Shown: piece by piece, positions 48,951-60,295 of the stretch
How positions within the stretch are numbered: the stretch's first letter is position 1
Layout of the letters: each line of letters opens with the position of its first letter
Notes under the pieces: generated by a model
What the model was told of the DNA's origin: nothing
The model's database searches: none
Seen by the model: the letters and a program-made list of their open reading frames with translations, nothing else
Source of the DNA: Psammoneis japonica
Lineage: Eukaryota
Length of the DNA stretch: 63,225 nucleotides
Direction of reading: 5' to 3'
NCBI GenBank assembly: GCA_008632985.1
Contig: QPGO01000122.1
Location: 186,001 to 249,225 of the forward strand
Made by a program: the position numbers and the translations under genes

Positions 48951-51134
48951 TGATTATGACAATAACCTACACATCACATTGTTCACTATAGTGCACTCAC
49001 GGAGCTCAAGAAGGGTAAAATATTGAAAAGAATTTGTTTTTGAGAAGGTCGATTGTAGATGGTGCTTTCGTATTTTTTATGAGCCTGTCACTTGTAACAC
49101 CGATAGTTTCTGCGTATTCGGAAACGACCTGCAGCCCATTTCGCGCAAAGAAGAAGAGGCGTCGCATTGTTCATTCGCGTCTCTATAAGCACCATTATGG
49201 AACGACTCATGTCGCGAGACGGCCACATTAAGAATAACTTAGAACTTGGAAATTGTCGACATTATGGAAATGTCATCCGCGATGGATAACTAAGCCGGGG
49301 ATACGTAGACATGTGGGATTTCTCATACCAACCACGATCAAGGGCGATGATGGTTTAATCGTCTCTTGTGCATTTTATGAGAGTATCGTGCGAGTGAATG
49401 CGTGTGTCATTTCGCGGAAACCAACAGCGTCTCGCAAAGGAAAATGCGACCACTGACATTCCCGCAACGATTCAACATCGCATTATTGTTTCAGCAACAT
49501 AAGGGCTTTATCAGGACATGAGTATCTGCGTCTCGACTCGAAAGCAAAATGGAAAGAGCGATGATGAAACGTGAGTTCCAATGACGATGATGGAATCATC
49601 ATCGTGTCCGTGGTCGCGTTTTGGACCTTCCGCGCCTGGAACGGTGGAATGACAGACAAATTCATGACGGACGCGCGCACGCCTACATTATTTGACGTCT
49701 ATCGCCGTTCCTCTTCTTGCCACTCACTATGCACGCGAGAAATCCAGTAATCCGTTTATTTTTCCCAGTAATTTGCGTTTTTTCTGGAACTTTTTAACGG
49801 ATTAATTACTGGATGAGGCATTTTGGGTAAAATAATGACCTAATTACTGGGATATTCCAGAAAACGACCTTTTTTTACCGGAATTATTTCTGGATGCCTT
49901 GCATCGTCCGTTTTTCCGTTAGATAACGCGCGATAACATCAACGATCATCAACGGTCACATTGCGCACCTGTGCTTGCACCATGATGATAAAAGCCGCAG
50001 CCTCATTCTTTAGTCTATCTCTTTCGTTGCTGTGTTCCGTTTGATACAAACAATGATAGAATGACAAAGCGTTGGCTCTGCAAGTGTTTTCTGTTTCTTT
50101 GGCCATCAACGCATCTTCGATGAGGGCGAGTTGTTGCACCATCATGCCGTGCAGCGAGTGAGAACATGCACAGCGGGATGGATGTGGCCGACTCCCTAGC
50201 CTTCAATGATGGAGTATAGAATACCTGTTTTTGTCGTCTTCTTTATGGATGGTGAGTGAATGTTTTGAGGCGGATCGTGCTCTGCTCTCACATTGTGCAC
50301 TTGCCAGCCCCGTCGTGTTCTCTCCATGTCTTCATGTGGCGCGCCCACATGCTTTGTTCCGCAGCGAGGCAAGTGTTGTGGTGATTGATGGCCCTATTCC
50401 ACCCAAGTTCCCAAGAAAGCCATCTCCTGAGCTTTTGTTTTTCGCGCATTGTGGTGGTCCCCTTCTCTTGTGGCAAGGATCTACGACGGTGCACACATCC
50501 GCAGGGCTCCGTGCTTCTGCGCTCCGTCACACATGCGGCGGATGTGCGTGATGCGCGTGGTGATTGGCATCTCCCCACCACCAATGCATCCAAGAAAGAC
50601 CGCGTGGTCATGCTGTGCTTTTTTCATTGGTGGGAGCTACATCGGTCCATCGGTCCAATGATTTGCGTCAGCCGATGCGAGCGCAGTGTCGCTCCGTCCT
50701 TGTCGATCCCCATCCGTGGCAGCGGTGTCGCGCAACGTGACGATTGATGCCATGTATCTACCTCACCTTCTGGCTCTCCCAACTTTTGGTCTGTCACCCA
50801 GAGGACTGTTGTTCCTTCGTCAGCTTGTCCCACAGCATTTGTCCGTCGTCTGATTTGGGCGGTGCACCGAGTGAAGCTCTGCACGGAGGCCCCACTGACG
50901 AACCTTCTAGTGCAACTCCTCTGATGCGTGCCAAGCCAATGTCCAACCGGCTAATCTAGTGTGGCACCATCTTTTTCCTCATCAACAGCACACCCAGTGA
51001 CGTGCCTGCACCATTGCCCTTTGCTCGTTGGATCCCTTTCAGTTGTCAATGATGAACTCGGTTCCTCTAGGACGCAAAATGTGCACGGCACGCACCAAAA
51101 TGTGTTGTTTGTTTTACCAGTTCTGACATATTTT

Positions 51135-54100
51135 CTAACACGCGTGGTGTGCTTTTGGCTTTACAATTTCCCCTGTGCAGTCCATCTCCCTCCACTCCGA
51201 GGTTGCAACATGGCAATCTCTTGGTGATTCATCATCTGGACTTGTGATGCGCTTTTTTAGCCGCGGCAAGAAGAGGCACTCGTGGAGAATGTCTTCTGCC
51301 GTGAAGTCGCCGGATGCATTGTCACAGACCGCCGCCGCAGTGCACTCCGTCCACCCAAAGTGCGTTGCCCCGAAAATTTCCTCTCCCTCATCTTGCACAC
51401 GTTCAATCTCAATGTGCCTTTCTCCTTTTACAGGAATCCCATGCTTGCCATTACGAAGACATAAAACAGACAGCGGCTTGTGTTTCCGAAGAGAAGCTCG
51501 AGCTTCCTCCTCATCCTTGCACAGGTGACAGGGCTTGCAGCGGATTCTTTCTTTGCAACGAGCATCTGAACCATTGTCGTCAGTGCCGTTGCAATCGTCT
51601 GCTTCATCTTCATCAAACTCGACCTCAACTTGTTCTGTTTCGCCTTCGCCCTCGCCTCCCTCTTCCTCCATCTGTTTGTTGCAATCGTTCAGGATCCGCT
51701 GGATTCCTTTAAACTTCAGGAATTTGGTGAGTGCATTGCATGGCCAGTTGCCTTTCAACCCCTGCAAGAACGGCCGGATGCATCTGATGATTGCTTCTCC
51801 TAAGATTGATCCTTCCCAGTGAGCCCTCAGTGGACCAAACCTCGCCATCTGTGCTGCGAGATTGAGCAAGCATAAGAAGTTCGTAGCTTGGATCCATTTG
51901 GCCTTTTTCTTCTCTGACTCTGTCCGCATGTGTTCGTTGAACTCAACAAAATCGTTGAGAAACATCTTCACGTGGCGATCCAGTTGCTCACACGTTTCCG
52001 GCGATGACGTGTTCTCCATCGCCCATGCAATCACAGAAACCATTGAAACAACTGCAGCCGCAAGGGAGTCAAGCAGCCCTCTGCACGGTCCAACAAGGTC
52101 CGGTGGCCCTTCGGGGCGATTCATCAATTCTCTCACCCGGGCTTGCAATTCCGCTTTTTTACCGCTGACCGGTTCCCCATGGGCACGAAGCCAATCCTGA
52201 AATTCCATCTTCTTCCACTGTGACATGGGTGTTCGGAGCTCTTCGAATGGTTCCTCGTCATCCCTTGCATCTTCCAACAATGAGTAGAACCACTTTGAAA
52301 TGCGAGCAAGACCCAGCAAGTTCTCACTCACCCACCCTCCAAATTTCTCATTGTGCTTTCTAACCTTGCACCAATCCAGCTGCAGCTTCTGTGCCTCCTC
52401 CAGCACGCCTCCAGTGGACCGAGCAAAGGATGCATTTTTCTGCTGTTTCTTGCACCACTCCGTTGCTTGAACAAAGATTGTTTTGGAAACTCCCAGAAAA
52501 AGGAGATGCATCGGCACGTCCACATGTGTTTCGATGCTGTCGCAGTGTTCCCAGCATGTGGGGTGCTTCCAACGCTCAAATGGACTCGGCTCCTCTAGTT
52601 GTTTCTGATGCAACCTGTCATGTTGCATCTGATCTTCTTGCTCTTTTGCTTCCTTGAGGTCCAGACAGTTCTTGGCGCACGTCATCACTTTCTCTACAGT
52701 CTCCTTGTTGATGGCACGTGTCTTGAGGCAGCTCTCCAATTTTGTCTTGGTCCATGGCTTCTCGACATGATTGGCATGGGTCGTTTCCATGGCCTCCATT
52801 GGCACTTGGCAAGACAGCTCAAATGGAAACATTGCTTCATCAGGCAGGGGACAATCTGGTGGTGGCTCGAATGAAACTGCGTCTCTGTTCGGAGTCTTGT
52901 AATTCCAGTTCACGCAAATGCGACAATGATTTCCCTGTGGTCCGCGTTGATCCTGCAGAAGCCTGTCACGGCATTCCTTGCATGAAGGGAGCGTGTCGGC
53001 AATGGAATTTGCACTGCAGGAACAAAGCCACCGGCCCGCAAACAAACCATTCCCCAGTGCCAGATGATTTCGCGTTCGCCGTTCGGGTTGGTCCTCTAAG
53101 TGCGTCGCAATGCTGTGGCAAACCCGAACGTTCTTTCGCAGCTGCTTACAATGGCAGGTTTTCCCATCTGTGTTCATTGTCTCCATGCTCTCGTGAATCC
53201 TTCGAAGGACGTCATCGTTGTCCACCTTGTCGGGGCCCATTGCAATGACGTGCGTGCTGTCGGTCAAATGTTTCGACGACGATCTGCTGCAACCTTTCCG
53301 CAGTGCAAACGCAGTGGTGTGAATCCACACACTGCCTCTGTTAGCTTTTGACTGAGCATTTGGTTCAAAGCCATCGCTCCATGCATCAGACACAAGATTG
53401 ATGCTCCCATCAGTTCCAAATGTTTCTACAGCTTCTTTGTGTAGTTCTCGACCTCTTTCTGTGTCAAACACGTCCAAACTGGTCGCACCTGTGTCAGTCA
53501 GGTCTGTTGATTGGAAAACAAGCAAAGTGAACTCCCCCCCAGAAGCCAGAAAGTCAGCAACAACATCGTCAATTCTGGTGCAGGCAAACTGACCCTCTTT
53601 GTGAACTTTTGGGTGAGGAACGTTCTCCCAGATGGAGTTTTTCCCATTGCCTGTCATCTGAGATCTGATTTTTCCAAGAGTTGTTGGCACTCCAATTGTG
53701 GTGGTGGAGGTTGGGGCACCATCCACAACCTCATCCCCAGTTTGTTCTAAAGTCATCACAGTTGCACCCACAAGAACCTCATCCCCAGTTTGTTCCAAAC
53801 TCATCACAGCAGGACACAGTGGGTTGGGCATCACATCAGAGTCAGTGTGAAGACCTGCTGTCTCTCCTCTCTGCCTTTTGTTGTTCCTGCTTGTGCTCTG
53901 CTGCTCATCCTCATCTTTCTTTCCAGCCTCCAACTCTTTGATTCTTGCCTTCAACTTTTCAACCTCAGCACCTGACTTCTGCCTTTCTTGCTGTGCAATG
54001 TCTCTCTGCTGTTCTGTGACCAATCTGAGGACATTTGCCAACTGGCCACGCTTCTGCTCTGGGAGGCTCATGGCAAGCTGAGCCACCTGCATGTGCAGAT

Positions 54101-55046
54101 GGGCATCCTTGTCAGAAATGTCATTCTCCCAGCCTGTGCCATCATGAAACACACTTCTGGCAACAATGTGCCTCATGCCAAGATTTGCTTGCTGGTGCTC
54201 TTTCTGAAAAAATGTTCTGCTGGCATCCCTTTCAAAGTTGGAGAAGTCTGGTGGGTGAGTTGACCCTGCCTTCTCCAGGCACTCCAAGGGATCTGCAGGT
54301 GCCTCCTCTTCCTGAGCCACAGGGAAGTGGTCAGCATCAGCAGCATCTGCCATCTCAATGTTCTGGTCATTGCCCCTGGGGTGACTTGGTGGATCATCTC
54401 CCCCAGCATCTGCAAGACTGGAGCTCTCCCTCTGGTTGTGGCGCCTTCGTCTGTGTCCAGACAGCTGGGTTTTTGTCACAAGGTGTTTTGTTTGCCTGTC
54501 ACAAACAATGCAGATGTGCCAGGCAGAATTGCATTTTTCACAACTGACTTGTCTGCACCAGCTGGACATTCCATGCTCACCCACAATGTGCACCCTGTCC
54601 CTTTGAGCAAACCCACTGCAACTCACCTTGTGGCAGCAAGTCAAGAGCTCTGGGCAGTGCCCAAATGGGTTGTCATTGCTGTTCACAGAAGATGGGGGGT
54701 CTTGAGCTGCAGGTCTGGGAGGGCAGCTTGCATGTTGGTGCAGATGGGCCTGGTCTTCAGGAGGTCCAACACCAGAGGACAGCAGTGGGTCATCATTGCC
54801 ATTCACAGAAGATGGGAGGTCTTGGACTGCAGGTCTGGGAGGAAAATTTGCATGTTGCAGATGGGCCTGGTTGCCAGTTCTGACAGGGGGCAGTGATGGC
54901 AGGTTGTTTCCTGCTGCACCAGCAGCACCAGGAGCTTCTGCTGTCATCTTGTTGAAGCCAAGAACAGGGGTTGTGGCACTGATTGGTGCATTGGTGTGAG
55001 ACCAGCAAATTGACAATGCCAAGAAGAAGAGCAAATGTGGTTGCAT
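51135..55046 (-). CDS. EnSpm/Plavaka-related transposase (1303-aa open but hypermutated frame) with a SAP motif
   Basis: WSDGFEP..SVW, DQPERR, DVPMHLLFLG, GWVSEN, NFLCLLNL..M.RFGPLR.HWEG..GE; SAP-like WKKMEFQDWLRAHGEPVSGKKAELQARV. Only 2 Tyr. Internal ~120-bp (54668-54871) and ~50-bp (53720-53810) duplications. Confidence 0.72.
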   Translation of the reverse strand: MQPHLLFFLALSICWSHTNAPISATTPVLGFNKMTAEAPGAAGAAGNNLPSLPPVRTGNQAHLQHANFPPRPAVQDLPSSVNGNDDPLLSSGVGPPEDQAHLHQHASCPPRPAAQDPPSSVNSNDNPFGHCPELLTCCHKVSCSGFAQRDRVHIVGEHGMSSWCRQVSCEKCNSAWHICIVCDRQTKHLVTKTQLSGHRRRRHNQRESSSLADAGGDDPPSHPRGNDQNIEMADAADADHFPVAQEEEAPADPLECLEKAGSTHPPDFSNFERDASRTFFQKEHQQANLGMRHIVARSVFHDGTGWENDISDKDAHLHMQVAQLAMSLPEQKRGQLANVLRLVTEQQRDIAQQERQKSGAEVEKLKARIKELEAGKKDEDEQQSTSRNNKRQRGETAGLHTDSDVMPNPLCPAVMSLEQTGDEVLVGATVMTLEQTGDEVVDGAPTSTTTIGVPTTLGKIRSQMTGNGKNSIWENVPHPKVHKEGQFACTRIDDVVADFLASGGEFTLLVFQSTDLTDTGATSLDVFDTERGRELHKEAVETFGTDGSINLVSDAWSDGFEPNAQSKANRGSVWIHTTAFALRKGCSRSSSKHLTDSTHVIAMGPDKVDNDDVLRRIHESMETMNTDGKTCHCKQLRKNVRVCHSIATHLEDQPERRTRNHLALGNGLFAGRWLCSCSANSIADTLPSCKECRDRLLQDQRGPQGNHCRICVNWNYKTPNRDAVSFEPPPDCPLPDEAMFPFELSCQVPMEAMETTHANHVEKPWTKTKLESCLKTRAINKETVEKVMTCAKNCLDLKEAKEQEDQMQHDRLHQKQLEEPSPFERWKHPTCWEHCDSIETHVDVPMHLLFLGVSKTIFVQATEWCKKQQKNASFARSTGGVLEEAQKLQLDWCKVRKHNEKFGGWVSENLLGLARISKWFYSLLEDARDDEEPFEELRTPMSQWKKMEFQDWLRAHGEPVSGKKAELQARVRELMNRPEGPPDLVGPCRGLLDSLAAAVVSMVSVIAWAMENTSSPETCEQLDRHVKMFLNDFVEFNEHMRTESEKKKAKWIQATNFLCLLNLAAQMARFGPLRAHWEGSILGEAIIRCIRPFLQGLKGNWPCNALTKFLKFKGIQRILNDCNKQMEEEGGEGEGETEQVEVEFDEDEADDCNGTDDNGSDARCKERIRCKPCHLCKDEEEARASLRKHKPLSVLCLRNGKHGIPVKGERHIEIERVQDEGEEIFGATHFGWTECTAAAVCDNASGDFTAEDILHECLFLPRLKKRITSPDDESPRDCHVATSEWREMDCTGEIVKPKAHHAC

Positions 55047-55493
55047 TGCAGGCTGATTAAAAACAACAACAACAAAGACATGTGCACCATCACGTTCCGT
55101 GGATGTTGGTCATTGCGAGAAAAGGTACGAAAGACAAACTACATTCATGGTTGGACACAATTGTTCAAAGGTGGGTCACTGTTGACATTTGAGAGGCTGT
55201 GATGTGTAAATGTTGACTTTAAATGATGAAGGAAAATGAACTGGATTGTCATTTGAACATGACCATTTTCTCTAATGTCTGTGTCAAAAATCACGAAATT
55301 TTCGAGTCTCGACTTCACGTCATGGAGATGCAATGTAAAAATTTTTGCACACTTGACACCACACACAATGGTCTTCTGTTGCTTGGCCCATGCCAACAAT
55401 GGCAAAAAAATGGACAGAACACAAATCTTGCAAAGCGCAGCCCACCATCACAATCCAACAAGATGAAGAAAGCTGCAACAACATCAACGATGC

Positions 55494-57752
55494 AATGGCC
55501 ACCGCAACCGTTGTTTGGCCGCAGCTCCCGGAATTCGTCGGCCTTCCTGGGCCCGATGGACATCATGGCATTCGAAAGGACTTCGTTCGAACAGAAAAAA
55601 ACCCAAGAGGGACAACCGATGACGAGAAGGAAGCAACATTGCACCGTCACATTGCTCTCATTTCCAATGAAGTGCATGGGCCGGATGTCTTGATGGTGAC
55701 GAAGCAGTGCAAGGCCTGCGAGAAAGCTTTGCGAGCTGCCACATGCCTTTGGCCACAAAAACGAATCGTCAAGAGGGCGAGGGAGACAGGTCACACTGGA
55801 CCAGGAGGAAATGAGGTGAACACACTCCGGGACTTCACAAATGCTTGTGCCAACCGAGACACGAAGAACAAAGAGAGCAACGAAAAAGTGCACAGAGCCC
55901 ACTACGACGTCGCTTGTGAACAGTTCGACAAGGACCCGAATTGGAAGAGAGACCTTGTGAACAACGCAAGGGAGCAAATGAAGATGAAGTTCATTGACTT
56001 GGAAACTTCCAAAAAATGCTTCATTGAAAGGATCATCACAGAACAAAGCAGTGAAGTGTTGAGGTCCATTCGCAAAAAGTCGGAGAGACTAACCCCAGCC
56101 TCGTTCAAGCGATGACGCGACAACGGAGAGGCATGCAAAGGTGGGAGTTGGAAGAAACCACGTGACAAGGCATTCTCTAGAGAATGCATTGTGACAAAGG
56201 AGCCCAACACGGTGGTGGAAAACGAATCGGTGTTGACAACTGTGATTGACGAAAACACCGTCAATGCAATGTCGCCCACCCAACGGAAAGCACTGCTTGA
56301 TTTGCTTCAGTGAGTTCATTGTTGTCATTGCTGTTGCAGCTGTTGACTCTAATTGTTTCTCAACTGTGTGCCTTTCAACTGTGCAGATCAACGGTGGCAG
56401 CGAGCAACGAAAGCCAAGAGGCTTCTGTGTCGCGTGGTGCAGCGAACCCCGCCACCAATGACGTTGCTGCGAGTGCGAGCAATGGAACCCAAGAAGTGGA
56501 AGAAGAGGCGGAGCCCCATCAGTGAGCACTGCATGGTGTTGTTGTTGTTGCTGCTGCTGCTGTTAAATCCAATCATTTGTTTTTTGCGTGCCTTTAAATT
56601 CTGCAGATCAACGGAGGCAGCGAGCGATGAAAGTGAAGAGGCTTCTGTGTCGCGTGGTGCAACGAACCCCGCCACCAACAACGATGCTGCGAGTGCGAAT
56701 GCTGGAACCCAAGAAGTGGAAGAAGAGGCAGAGCCCCATCAGCAAGCACTGTGTGGTGTTGTTTGTGTTGTTGCTGCTGTCAAATCTAATCATTTGTTTT
56801 TTGCGTGCCTTTCAATTCTGCAGATCAACGGAGGCAGCGAGCGACGAAAGTGAAGAGGCTTCTGTGTTGCGTGGTGCAACGAACCCCGCCACCAATGACG
56901 TTGCTGCGAGTGCGAATGCTGCAACCCAAGAAGTGGTGGAGTCCATCATGACAGGGACGGTGAATGGATTGCAGGGTGAAGTGGACAAAGAGAATCATGT
57001 TGACGACAGGAACGCTGGAGAAGACGAGATGACTGCAACTCAACCACAAGAAACAGACACACCGGTGCGCAACATCAGGTTCGTGCTGTCTTGCTTTTTT
57101 CTTGACAATGTGTGCATCCTTTTCCAAGTGTGCTCAATGGTTCTGCTTTTTGTGCATCAGCAGAGCCGGGGAGACTGCGCAACTGACTTCCAACGAGAAC
57201 AACCCGCAAGTCGTCCTCGGAACAGTTGCTCCTTTCCTTCCATGGCGGCTCACACCACATGTTTTCCCTCTTGTGCATGCTGCCTGCAGAGCATCCGATG
57301 AGGTGCAAAAGAAAAATGCATGCGAGCACCATTCTTGCATGCAGAACCACAATGAATCCTTTGCCTGCAAGTGTCAGGATGATGGCGCGCACTGCAAGAC
57401 GGAGACGCAGCACAAGCAATTGCACCCTTCTTGCTGTGACTGCAAGGCACTGTTCATTCACAAGAAGAGTGGTGGTCACATTTCCAACAGCACAGGGACA
57501 GTGAAGGTCGTAGACAAGAAATCTCCCATGTGGCATTGCCAAGAGTGCGGCCATGCCCTCTGCAATGACTGCAAGAAAAAGGCGACGGATGAAACGGAGA
57601 ACGTTGCGAACACCAACTCGTCCCGCACTTCCAGTGGGATGAGAAAACCGAGGAAGAGACTTGGCGATCAAATGCTTTCTGCATTGAGGAGCGTGAGAAA
57701 CTGTGTGGTGGAGTGCCATGTCGAACGCCAGTTCCACCACAATGTGTGCTGA
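55494..57752 (+). pseudogene. Second, divergently oriented intron-containing gene of the CACTA-like element, with a C-terminal CxxC..CxxC finger
   Basis: ORF 55390-56115 continues past a CGA>TGA-type stop, then repeated exons and a final segment with WHCQECGHALCNDCKK. Confidence 0.5.
56380..56960 (+). repeat. Three tandem ~220-bp exon+intron units
   Basis: tgcagatcaacgg.ggcagcgagc starts at ~56382, ~56602 and ~56819. Confidence 0.88.
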
Positions 57753-58590
57753 CTCAGTTGGTTCAACTGCATTTTATTTTGGTGAAACTCTCCATTGATG
57801 CAGTGTCGCAGTTTGCCAGCGACACAAATGAATGCGTTGCACCACACAGTTGAGAACAATGCTGCACCAGAAACATGGTCCAGGAACAAATGAGAGCACC
57901 GATTCCTGGTGTTCCAGAAATGGGCCGCCCCCCAGCAGATTGGAGAAACCCTCAAACCAAGAAATGTGAGACAGCAACTTGGCGTCCAGGAATGAAAACC
58001 AGTGACATCCGGGAAGGACGACCCAGAAATCGACCCAGAAAAAGGTGAGAAATCCAGTAATGTGTCCAGCAAAACCCTGTTTATCCAGTAATTCCTCCAG
58101 AAAAGCGCCACACTGCATCCAAAGTCACGCGCGACGAAGATTGCGCAGGAAATCCAGGAATGGCAGAAACATTGCTGGACCTTTCGCGTGCAGTGCTCCT
58201 GCACAATGCCTTTCGAAACTTTGTAACATCATAAATGAAGAATCACTGACTGCCAAATCAAAAAATAGCTACAGTAATCTGTACATCATAGCCCTTTTAC
58301 CATTGTTTTGCACTGCAAGGTCTGCTGCAGTCAGCGTGGGTGCACGACGCCGACGTCGCACTGTGTGTTGTGTGCGTTTGTCACGCTTTTGGGTGTCTGA
58401 GCATGGCTCATTCGTGTGACCCACATGCAGAAACTGTCGGGGCGTTGACATATTATTTGTACTACTTGTAAAGGAAACGCAATAGAAGGAAAGGTTGCAT
58501 GAATAACTTTAGAGCTGGCCATAGGTAGAAGTATGATTCCATGGAACCTTGTACTTCTCAAGCAGCTTTATCGACGCTACGCACAGTAAC

Positions 58591-60253
<1,663 letters not shown>

Positions 60254-60295
60254 CGAACGTCTGCCCGTCCCACCTGGAAAGAAGGGCGTTGTTTC

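Larger units (their letters stand above)
49725..58195. mobile_element. CACTA/EnSpm (CMC)-like DNA transposon, ~8.5 kb
   Basis: Left end CACTATGCACGCGAGAAATCCAGTAAT; right end reverse complement CACTGCACGCGAAAGGTCCAGCAAT. 2-bp TSD CT. Many subterminal TCCAG(T/G)AA(T) repeats at 49741-49900 and 57880-58180. Confidence 0.8.

Noticed and set aside
56380..56960. CRISPR-like array (also considered for the 48-bp repeats at 15193-15372)
   Set aside because: These are whole-unit tandem duplications with no unique spacers and no cas genes, in a eukaryotic context.
58300..58447. Short TA-free stretch outside the CACTA right end as evidence of spreading
   Set aside because: It is only ~150 bp and separated from the TIR by TA-containing sequence, too short to distinguish from chance or a small TE fragment.
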